From Alphaproteobacteria bacterium (GTDB lineage Bacteria > Pseudomonadota > Alphaproteobacteria > Methylaequorales > Methylaequoraceae): a stretch of 64,000 nt of DNA. Shown here in pieces: positions 41,248 through 50,255 of the stretch; position 1 is the stretch's first letter, and each line of letters starts with the position of its first letter. The notes below the pieces were generated by a model that saw nothing but the letters and a program-made list of their open reading frames with translations, was not told the origin of the DNA and made no database searches. Made by a program: the position numbers and the translations under genes. Where the stretch lies: the NCBI GenBank assembly GCA_019650635.1, contig BOXE01000006.1:1176-65175 (forward strand). Reading direction: 5' to 3'.

Positions 41248-42777
41248 TTATTTTTTTTGTTTAAATTGTATATATAGTCCCATTAGGAGTACAGCAAGAA
41301 TTGGACAAATACTTGCCATAGATAGAATACCAAAACCTTCAGTGGCGGATACAGCATTTCCTAGACCCAGACCCATAGCCAGAACAAGTGGTACGGTTAC
41401 CGGGCCGGTTGTGACTCCAGCGCTGTCCCAGGCGACATTAACAAATTCTTCAGTTGAAAAGTAAGTTAAAACAATTGCAAGAAGATAAAGTGGTATTAAA
41501 ACGGTTGCTAAGTCAAAAGCAAATACAATTTTTCCAACACCTAAGGCTATCCCAAATGCAACACCTCCAGCAACGCTATACATTAACATTGACTTTTTGA
41601 AAGCACCATTGGTAAGCTCTTGAACTGTCAAACCAAGAGCATTAAGTGCGGGCTCAGCAAGTGTTGCTCCAAATCCTAAGAGCCAAGCGAAAAGAATTAC
41701 TATAGTTAAACCCAATAATTCGTTATAAATTGGTGATACTTCACTTATTGGGACTTCCATAAAGGCAGCAGGAAGATTGGTTCCAGCTTGCCCACCTATA
41801 GCTCCTAAACCATATGTGAGTCCAATATTGAAGACACACATCCCAACAATGGACAAAGTTAACCCATAAGTTGTTATCATATTGTTAGGAAGTTTAGATC
41901 TAAGGATTACAAAAAGCACAATCATTAAAAATATCACAAGTGGAAGTATTGCTCGAACTCCTCCAATAATTTCAACAAACGGGGTTTGTGACCACTTAGA
42001 AACCTCTCCTATGGTCATATCTGAAGCCATACTAGTCGAAGCAATTATTTCCTCAACTGAGATTGTCTGAGAAACATGTATAGCAAGAATCAGAACAGCG
42101 ATAATTGGAAATAATGAAGCCATTGTAACGACGCCGAAACCAGAAAGAGATGAATCTCCTTTACCAGCTGATGCTGCAATTCCAATACCTAGTGATAGCA
42201 CAAGAGGTACAGTAACTGGTCCAGTTGTAACAGCACCACAATCCCAAGCTAATCCAAGAATAGTTCTTAAATCAGGATTACTCCATACATATGCAGTAAG
42301 AATTATTGTTGGTGCAAGAGCTGCATAAATCATAGGTTTTAGAGACCAACCTTTGACAAACCTTATTGTTCCAATGATGGCTGCTAGTCCAACACCAGCA
42401 CCGACCATTACAACTAAGGTTTCACTTCTATTGTTTAGTATCTCATAAAGATACGGTGCGTCCTGAGGATTTATTGACGAACCAAATGCTTTGAGTGCTC
42501 CAATAGCTGGTTCCGCATAAGTTACCCCCACCCCAAGTATTCCAATAATAATTAAAACAAGAACCATTGGTGCTTTTTTTGGTAATGTATCACCAATTAC
42601 ATTGCCAAATGGCATTAAACCGGTTTTAAGACCTTCCATAAAAATTGCCAGGCCTATTATTACTGCAATCAATCCTAGACAAATTGTTGTTGCTGAAGAG
42701 ATTGGTTGTCTTAAAATTAAAAGTTGAAATAGAAATAAATATGCTGCAAGTGGAACAACAGCTTTAATTTGTTCCAT
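41248..42777 (-). CDS. DUF1538 family polytopic membrane protein (internally duplicated).
   Basis: 509-aa ORF whose two halves each carry ...AWD(C/S)(G/A)(A/G)VTTGPVTVPLVL(S/A)(L/M)G(I/L)G. Confidence 0.7.
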   Translation of the reverse strand: MEQIKAVVPLAAYLFLFQLLILRQPISSATTICLGLIAVIIGLAIFMEGLKTGLMPFGNVIGDTLPKKAPMVLVLIIIGILGVGVTYAEPAIGALKAFGSSINPQDAPYLYEILNNRSETLVVMVGAGVGLAAIIGTIRFVKGWSLKPMIYAALAPTIILTAYVWSNPDLRTILGLAWDCGAVTTGPVTVPLVLSLGIGIAASAGKGDSSLSGFGVVTMASLFPIIAVLILAIHVSQTISVEEIIASTSMASDMTIGEVSKWSQTPFVEIIGGVRAILPLVIFLMIVLFVILRSKLPNNMITTYGLTLSIVGMCVFNIGLTYGLGAIGGQAGTNLPAAFMEVPISEVSPIYNELLGLTIVILFAWLLGFGATLAEPALNALGLTVQELTNGAFKKSMLMYSVAGGVAFGIALGVGKIVFAFDLATVLIPLYLLAIVLTYFSTEEFVNVAWDSAGVTTGPVTVPLVLAMGLGLGNAVSATEGFGILSMASICPILAVLLMGLYIQFKQKK

Positions 42778-42984
42778 AACTCTAGAAATTGTGTATGGGC
42801 TAAAGAGTAAGTGCCTTGGCAGGAGATACTTTAATTTTTTGAGGCTTTAGTGATTTTCCTTTAGTTGCCTTCGGAGTGAGAAGATTATAACTTAAAGATT
42901 TATGATTAATCTCTGATTCGTGAATATAATCTGAATATTTCATAATTTATCATAACATATTGTAGAAATTAATAAAATCTTTAT

Positions 42985-43444
42985 TCAACATGACTTGTTG
43001 ACTTCTCTAATCTGTAAAGAATCATGTTTTGTTATTTTTTTAATTATTTGATTCTCCGACTCTATAACCTCATCTATTTCATCATGAGAATAAAGTACAT
43101 TTTGAAACTCATTTCTTTTAGCAAGTTCTTTACATAAATTTAAAATTACTTTTGGGCGCTTTGAACCAGAATTAATTAGCTCATCAAGATTTTCTTTACT
43201 TATAGATATCAACTCTGTGGATTGACTTGAGTAATGTTGCGCTTCTGTTTTGTTGTAAAATTAAAGCCATTTCACCAAAAACCTCTCCATCTCTCATAGA
43301 TCCAACTTTTTTTCCATCAACTACTACATCAAGCGCTCCAGAAACTATCATGTAAGCTTTATCGCCCTTGTCGCCTTGATTAAAAAGCGTCTCGCCCTCT
43401 AACATCAAAACTTTTGTTGTTTTTCCGTGATTAATTTCTTTCAA
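42985..43444 (-). CDS. Stand-alone cyclic-nucleotide-binding (CAP/PKA-type) protein, with one frameshift near 43,212.
   Basis: It reads ...GDKAYMIVSGALDVVVDGKKVGSMRDGEVFGEMALILQQNRSAT (phosphate-binding cassette) and then a roughly 70-aa helical tail (42985-43212 ORF). Confidence 0.75.
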
Positions 43445-43881
43445 GAAAATATCCTTTGAGATAATCTATAGTGAATCTGAAGCGCTAAAGCTCTTATTAC
43501 GTTGGGAGAGTCGTGAGTTAGTTTTACAAGATCGGCTTTAGTAATTGGAAGTTTTTGGTTGTCGGATTTTCCTAATTCCTTTGACATTTCATTAATTACT
43601 TTATGAAGATCTATGTTAGAGGATAATAAAATAGCTTCCAAAGCCTTTCTTTTTATTTCCACAATTTCACTTGGTACAATTGCTTTTATACTTGCAGTTC
43701 TGTTTTCATTTAGGATTAAAGACAATTCTCCAAAGATTTCACCTGTTTCAATTTTTCCAATTTTTTTTCCTTCAATTTCTGCAACTAGTCCACCTGAAAT
43801 AACTAAAAAGGCTGTTTCACCTTTTTCACCCTCTCGAACAATATATTGATCTGGAAGAACTCTTATCTTTTTTAAACCCAT
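43441..43881 (-). CDS. Stand-alone cyclic-nucleotide-binding protein.
   Basis: 146-aa ORF reading ...REGEKGETAFLVISGGLVAEIEGKKIGKIETGEIFGELSLILNENRTASIKA. Its stop overlaps the next start. Confidence 0.8.
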   Translation of the reverse strand: MGLKKIRVLPDQYIVREGEKGETAFLVISGGLVAEIEGKKIGKIETGEIFGELSLILNENRTASIKAIVPSEIVEIKRKALEAILLSSNIDLHKVINEMSKELGKSDNQKLPITKADLVKLTHDSPNVIRALALQIHYRLSQRIFS

Positions 43882-43895
43882 TTAAACCTAATATT

Positions 43896-46266
43896 TTATT
43901 TAGAAGTTGCCACAAAAACACCATCCCAATCTTTTGGGGGAGGATACTTTTTATATTCATTAATTCGTTCCGTCATCATTTCATAGTAATCTTTCATTAA
44001 ATTTTTACAAAGTGTTTTTGCCTGAGTCATTTCCTCGATAGCATCTTTCCAATTTTGATTAAAATAGTGATTTAATACATTTTTGTGTTTTTTTTCAAGA
44101 TTTTTGAAATCAACACTATTTTTAAAACTTGGATCACCGAGCAAACAAAAAATTGATACAGCTTCTTTTTTTCCTTTTACTGCTAGCATATCAAGTTGAA
44201 GCGTAGCAAAAGTATCTTTAACAGCATCGTTTGTTTCTTGTCCAATAACTGTTTTAACTCCATAACCTTTTGATTGACCTTCAAGACGTGATGCTAAATT
44301 GACTGCGTCTCCAAGTACTGAATAGTCAAATCTTTGGTCTGATCCCATGTTTCCAACAACACAACCTCCAGTATTTAGTCCAATTCCAATTTTTAATTCC
44401 AAAAAATCTTTATTTTCTGACTTCGCTTCTTGCTCTCTGATATCGTTAAGTTCTTTCAGTGCTTTATGCATACTTAATGCTGCTTCACAAGAAACTTGCT
44501 CATGTTTATCAACATCTATAGGTGCATTCCAAAAAGCCATAATACAATCTCCCATATATTTATCGATTGTTCCGTTTTTATTTATGATTTCATTAGTAAG
44601 AGGAGTTAAAAATCTGTTTATAAGTTTTGTTAGGCCTTGAGGATCTGATTTAAAAGCTTCTGAAATTGTTGTAAATCCTCTTACATCACAAAAAAGAAAT
44701 GTCATTTTTTTTGTTTCTCCACCCAAAACTAATTTATCAGGATCTTCAGCTAATTGCTCTACTAAAGCAGGGGATAGATATTGAGAAAATGCACCTCTTA
44801 TTTGTTTTTTCTCATTGGCATCTCGTAAGTAGTTTGCAAAGGTGTTACTAAAATAAATTACAAAAGTTGTTACACCTGCAAAGGTTGGATCAAATAAAGT
44901 TTTATGCTCAGTAAATAACCTTACACTAATATAAAATGCAGAACTTATTATGGTTACAAGTAATGAAATATTTACAATTGGACCAAACCTTAATGCAGAC
45001 ACTGTGATAAATAATGCAAGCAAAATTGTAAAGAGTGCTTCATAAAATTTCATATTTGCACCAGATTTCAAAAAAGGTGATCCTGAAATTTTAACTTTGT
45101 TTTTTTCAATTATTGCTTCTTCTTCACTTAAACCTTTTTTTAATGCATCTTTATAAACTTTTTCAGAATTTTTTGTAGATGTATAATAAAGAATTGCTGA
45201 AATGACTGTATCAATGAGATTTGCATGAATTTCAACACCTGGCATTCTTTCATCGACTGGAGTGGGTCTAATATCCTTTAATCCAGTGGCCGATGTGCCT
45301 AATATACCAAGTTTTCCCTGTAATCTATCTTTGCCAACCCTTCCTTTAATTATATCCACTGCACTTACATAATACCTTGATTTACCTTCTTAACTTTTCC
45401 AGCATCTGAATCACCATAATAAATCCACACTCTACCATTCTCATCAGTGGAATGCAGCATTTCCAATAGCTTTAGTTTGAATTATTATTTCTTAATTCCC
45501 GTCAAACCTGTCCTAGTGGCAATACTATTTCTTGAAACGCAACCCTTATCATATCAAGCCCAAGAGTTGGTCTGATTTCACCTGCAACATTTGATATTAA
45601 AGGTACTCTTCTAATAATACCATCTGGTTCCTGTGCAACTGAAACTGTACCAGACCCAGAAGCAGCTTTTTCAAACTCTGTCACATTAGCAAGCAATCCA
45701 GGATAAGATATCAACCATTCCTTTGGATTTTTACCTTTGCCAACAAAAACTTTTACAGATGAATCGTTTATATCATTTCTGTTTGCATCACCTTCAACAT
45801 CCAAGCCAGAGTGCCCAATTACTACAGGAAAGTCATTCATAGCTTCCGTGGCTAAAAACTCATTAGAAGGAAGTTCACTTAATAGCTTGGCAATTTTTGG
45901 GTTTCTTTTTTCTAAATCTTGAGAAATTAAATCAGGTGAAGTTCTGTCTTTTTCTGCAAAGAGAACATCTAGACCTAAAACCAGCATGCCTGACTCTTTA
46001 GATTTTTTAAAAAGATCGGCAAGTACAGTTCTTGGCCATGGCCATTGACCGATTTCTCTGAGAGATTTTTCGTCAATATCTACTATTACGGAATAAGTTT
46101 GCCCATCTGTAGACCTTGGGAATTTTTTTTGAAGAACATCAAAATATTTTAGTCTTAGAACTTCTACTATTTCAGGATCAGCTATACGAATCAAACCAAA
46201 AAGAATAGCCATTACTAATGAAGCAATAGTAACAATAAGTCTAAAACTTAGCTTTAATTTTATCAT
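43896..46266 (-). CDS. CHASE2-domain membrane adenylate cyclase (class III). The frame is broken in 45,360-45,500 as assembled.
   Basis: 45502-46266 holds the N-terminal TM segment and CHASE2-like periplasmic domain (…VIVDIDEKSLREIGQWPWPR…). Across the gap it reads ...TDENGRVWIYY.... 43896-45359 contains …LGILGTSATGLKDIRPTPVDERMPGVEIHANLIDT…, TM segments, and the cyclase motifs FLFCDVRGFTTISE, IDKYMGDCIMAFW and FDYSVLGDAVNLASRLEG. Confidence 0.8.
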
Positions 46267-47987
46267 GGTTCTGCAAAACTATTACCAAGAGTTCTTATAA
46301 GTGGGTAAATAAAATACGTAATTAATCTTCTTTGCCCAACTCTAAACTTTCCTGAAACTTTCATTCCTGGCATTAAATTAAATCCTGGAGGAATATCTTT
46401 TAACTCATTTTCTGTTATTTGAGCCCTAGCCCTATAAAAATTTCCAGGTTTTCCATCGACATCTTTATCAATTGTGTCAGCAGAAACATAAATAAGCTTT
46501 CCTTTTAATTCACCATGTTTTTGTGCTGGAAGGGCATTAAGTTGAATTTTAACAGATGTATCCGGAATTAGTTTGCTAATATCAGAAGGATCAACATCAA
46601 AAACAGTTAATAACTCCACACCTGTTGGTACCAATGTAACAACACTTTTACCTTGTGTTATAACTGCTCCAGGATATAGAGAATGAAGGTCTAGAATCAT
46701 TCCGTCAGACGGCGCTCTTACCACGACATCAGTTTGTTGTCTTTCAAGTTTTTTAACATCCTCTTGTAGAGACATTCTTTGATCCTCTAATCCAACAAGC
46801 TCATCGTTTATTCCTCCAAAAAATTGGCTGTTATATTCTTTTCTATTAGATTTTAATTCGCTTAGTTTATTGCTAGTTTTTGTAAATTCTTTTTCTAAAG
46901 ACAACCTTTTGTTTTTTTCAGCTAAAACTTGTGACTCTGCTACAAGATCAAGTTCAAATAACTCCAACTTTGAATCTTCCAGCTGCTTTTGTATATCAAG
47001 TTGTTCTTTGATAAACTTTAAATCGTCTTCTGTGGAACCTATTTGCTGATCTAATGAAGCAATCTTTGCTAAATATTGGTCTTTTTTATCTTTAAAGATT
47101 CGGCTCTGTCTTTCGTCATTTGGATTTGCAACCGAGACACTATTCCTTAACAATGACTGCTTTTTTAGTCTATCAATTTTTGAATTTACAACTGAAAGCT
47201 GATAATCAAGTTTCATTTTATCAGCTCTTTGAAGTGTAGCATCGAAAGTTACGAGTGGGTCTCCTTGATTAACACTCTCACCTTTTTTTACAAGTATTTC
47301 TTTGACAACAGAATTATAGTTTGATTGCACCTCTACATTTGGGACAACGGTGGTAATCTTTCCAGAAGCAGAAATTGTAGTATCAATTTCGGAAATAGTG
47401 CCCCAAGTAATTAAAAATAAAACTAGGAAACCAAATGAATAAACTGACATTTTTACTGAACGTGGTACCTGCTTTGTTTTAATTCTATCAATGTCGTCAT
47501 CAAATTCATCTAATAACTCACTCATCATTTTTTTCTTTGATCTATTTTCTTTTTCCTCCTCAGTTAAAACTTCTTCTTGATCTTTGTTATTTTCATTTTC
47601 ATTTCCAGATTCAAAAGCATCCACAGATAATTTTTCGTTTGCATTTCTGGCATAGCTTGCAAGCTGCTGCATCATATTAAAAGCTGTTTGTGGAGAGTTT
47701 TTGAGATAACCTAATAAAGCATTTTGATCAATTTCTTTTACCGTTGTCTCAACTGTTGCTCTTGCCATTGCACTTCTTGGTTGTTTGTCAATTAATGCCA
47801 TTTCTCCAAATAACGCCCCTTTTTCAAGTATTGATAAAGTGACGTATTCGTCACCGTTGAATTTGCATACCTCTATTTTTCCTTTTACTATTTGATAGGC
47901 ATAGTCACCAACTTCACCTTCTCTAAAGAGTACATCACCAGCAGCTAAATTTCTTACAGCGGGTTGAATATTTTTTTTTTCGGCCAT
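46263..47987 (-). CDS. HlyD-family T1SS membrane fusion protein fused to an N-terminal cyclic-nucleotide-binding domain, locus B.
   Basis: 574-aa intact ORF. Residues ~10-115 read ...GDVLFREGEVGDYAYQIVKGKIEVCKF...LEKGALFGEMALIDKQPRSAMARA. A TM segment (VYSFGFLVLFLITWGTI), a lipoyl/barrel and coiled-coil region, and ...MPGMKVSGKFRVGQRRLITYFIYP follow. Confidence 0.85.
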   Translation of the reverse strand: MAEKKNIQPAVRNLAAGDVLFREGEVGDYAYQIVKGKIEVCKFNGDEYVTLSILEKGALFGEMALIDKQPRSAMARATVETTVKEIDQNALLGYLKNSPQTAFNMMQQLASYARNANEKLSVDAFESGNENENNKDQEEVLTEEEKENRSKKKMMSELLDEFDDDIDRIKTKQVPRSVKMSVYSFGFLVLFLITWGTISEIDTTISASGKITTVVPNVEVQSNYNSVVKEILVKKGESVNQGDPLVTFDATLQRADKMKLDYQLSVVNSKIDRLKKQSLLRNSVSVANPNDERQSRIFKDKKDQYLAKIASLDQQIGSTEDDLKFIKEQLDIQKQLEDSKLELFELDLVAESQVLAEKNKRLSLEKEFTKTSNKLSELKSNRKEYNSQFFGGINDELVGLEDQRMSLQEDVKKLERQQTDVVVRAPSDGMILDLHSLYPGAVITQGKSVVTLVPTGVELLTVFDVDPSDISKLIPDTSVKIQLNALPAQKHGELKGKLIYVSADTIDKDVDGKPGNFYRARAQITENELKDIPPGFNLMPGMKVSGKFRVGQRRLITYFIYPLIRTLGNSFAEP

Positions 47988-47993
47988 TTTTTG

Positions 47994-50165
47994 TTACCCG
48001 GCCTTCTTTAAAGATTTAATTTTGTTTTCAACACCTAAAATAGACATTTGCTTATTATACGTTTGACCAAAATAGCCTGAAATTTGTCTTAATTCTTCAA
48101 AAGAACCTTGTTGAGATATTTTTCCTTTTTCAAGCACAAAGATTTTATTACATAGTCGAAGGTGCCAAACTCTGTTTGACACTATAATTATTGTTCTACC
48201 AAGAGCAATATCTGATAGTGCATCGTATAATTTTATTTCACTGTCAACGTCAAAACCTGTGAAAGCATCATCAAGTATCATAATACGAGGGTTTCTAATA
48301 AGTGCTCTAGCAATTGCTAGTTTTTGTCTTAAGCCAGTTGCAAGATTTGTAGCATTTTCTTCTAAGAATGTTTCATATCCATCAGGATAGGACTCAATTT
48401 CTTCATGTGCGAAAACTTTTTTGGCAGCCCAAGTTATTCTGTCCATAGAGGAATTTGGCATTGCACTAGCTATTGTTTCCCTTATTGTTCCAGGAAAAAA
48501 ATAACTATCCGTTCCAACTAATGAAACTTGTGATCTTACATGACTCAGGTCCAATAAACGTAGATCTATATTATCAAGAGCTACGATTCCAGCTTGCGGT
48601 CTATATAAACCTTGAATTAGTTTTGCAATGGTACTTTTCCCACAGCCACTTTTACCAGTAATACCAATTATCTGTCTTGGATTAATTTCAATATCAATAT
48701 CATTTAATACTTTTGTGTTGTCGTCGTACCCAAACTCAACATTTTTAAAACTAACCTGTCCCATTAATTGAGGTTTTTGGCCTCTGACAGTTGTTTCGGA
48801 GTTTGCATCCACTATTCCTGATATGATCTGAAGGGATTGAACTAATTTTGTTATTTCTGTTTTTAGCGTAACTAGATCAATTATTGGCTTTGAAACTCTG
48901 CCGGCAAGCATATTAAAACCTACTAAAATTCCAGCTGAAAGAGATCCAGAAAATACAAGATGCACCCCGACAAAAATAACCATTGCAGTCATAAGTTGAT
49001 TTATAGTTGATGAAATGTTGTTTAAAACTGCTGACTTTTTTTGCATTTCTTCATTTGCAATAATATAATTTGCTTCCAAATCTCTCCACTGATCTTTCAA
49101 ATTAGGTTCAAGAGCAAGTCCCTTTACATTCTCAATTCCGTTTACAGCAACAGAAATAAATTCTTGTCGTTTTGATTCAGCCTTACTTAAACCAGCGAGA
49201 GAATCTCTTTGTTTTTTTGAGTAAAACATTGATGCTAAAGCTCCTAAAATACTGAATGAAAACACAACAATAAATAGTAATGGACTATAAAAAAATAGAA
49301 TCGGAACAAAAACAAGTAAACTAATTGAGTCTAGTGCTGTTGAGAAAACTTTTTGAGTCAGAAGGCTTTTGATCTGAGATATTTGTCCCGTGAATCTCAA
49401 AAAGGTAGCTGATTCTTTATGAAACCTTTGCATTGGTAAAGCAATTAATTTTTCAAAAACTTTAACTGAAAGTTTGGCTTCAACTTTTTGTGAGAAAAAA
49501 TCAAGAAGATATGATTTTAAATACCCAAGTATTCCATTAAATACATACGCAACAACTACACCTGAAGTTATAACATATAAAGTTGAATAAGCTTCATAGT
49601 TTACAACCTTATCCAAAACCAACATCATGAAAACAGCTGGTATGACTGCAAAAATATTTAAAATTAAAGCTACGATTACAACCTGAACCATAACAGATTT
49701 GTTCCTAAATGACTCACCAATTAACCATCCAATTTTTAATTCGCTGTCTTCTTCAAATTTTTTAAGCTTGGCTTTCAAAAGAATAACTTCTCCATCCCAT
49801 CCTTTTTTTAATTCTTTTAAATTTATTTGTTGGGGTTTGGGACTGGTAACACCAGTATCAAGGCATAAAACTGACTTGTCATCGTCTTTTTCACCTTGAA
49901 TGACTCTTAAAGCTATTATGTACCTTCCATTTTTAAGCCTTAAAATTTGTTGTTTTTTTGATAAGAGCTTTATTAGTTCCTTTTCGCTGATTTTGGTTGC
50001 TTTTGCTTTTAAATCAAAGGATTGAGCTAAGTCACACATTTCAGAGGTTCTAAGCTCTCTATCTTCAATTTGAAATCTTTCTGGGATATCATTCGGACCA
50101 ATATGAACACCTAGTTGTCTTGCAACTAGAATAATTGATTTTTGAGAACCGCGCATCGCTTCCAT
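47994..50165 (-). CDS. T1SS ABC exporter of HlyB type with an N-terminal C39-like (non-catalytic) domain, locus B. The NBD catalytic motifs are non-canonical.
   Basis: 723-aa intact ORF. The N-terminal ~130 aa align to the HlyB CLD pattern, without the Cys of the C39 'CG..C' motif. Walker A is GKSGCGKST. The Q-loop position reads LVGTDSY, the signature LATGL, Walker B IMILDDA and the H-loop IIVSNRV. Confidence 0.85.
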   Translation of the reverse strand: MEAMRGSQKSIILVARQLGVHIGPNDIPERFQIEDRELRTSEMCDLAQSFDLKAKATKISEKELIKLLSKKQQILRLKNGRYIIALRVIQGEKDDDKSVLCLDTGVTSPKPQQINLKELKKGWDGEVILLKAKLKKFEEDSELKIGWLIGESFRNKSVMVQVVIVALILNIFAVIPAVFMMLVLDKVVNYEAYSTLYVITSGVVVAYVFNGILGYLKSYLLDFFSQKVEAKLSVKVFEKLIALPMQRFHKESATFLRFTGQISQIKSLLTQKVFSTALDSISLLVFVPILFFYSPLLFIVVFSFSILGALASMFYSKKQRDSLAGLSKAESKRQEFISVAVNGIENVKGLALEPNLKDQWRDLEANYIIANEEMQKKSAVLNNISSTINQLMTAMVIFVGVHLVFSGSLSAGILVGFNMLAGRVSKPIIDLVTLKTEITKLVQSLQIISGIVDANSETTVRGQKPQLMGQVSFKNVEFGYDDNTKVLNDIDIEINPRQIIGITGKSGCGKSTIAKLIQGLYRPQAGIVALDNIDLRLLDLSHVRSQVSLVGTDSYFFPGTIRETIASAMPNSSMDRITWAAKKVFAHEEIESYPDGYETFLEENATNLATGLRQKLAIARALIRNPRIMILDDAFTGFDVDSEIKLYDALSDIALGRTIIIVSNRVWHLRLCNKIFVLEKGKISQQGSFEELRQISGYFGQTYNKQMSILGVENKIKSLKKAG

Positions 50166-50197
50166 GAGAATATAATATATTAATTTTTGATTTAATC

Positions 50198-50235
50198 AAA
50201 AAAAAAACCCCCTTAGAAACTCTAAGAGGGTTTTT
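50198..50235 (-). terminator. Rho-independent terminator, bidirectional in shape and strongest on the minus strand.
   Basis: The minus-strand RNA is CCCUCUUAGA-GUU-UCUAAGGGGG followed by about 10 U. It lies about 20 nt after the stop of the 50256-51360 gene and upstream of the ABC gene. Confidence 0.75.
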
Positions 50236-50255
50236 AATTTATAAAAGTATAGGCT

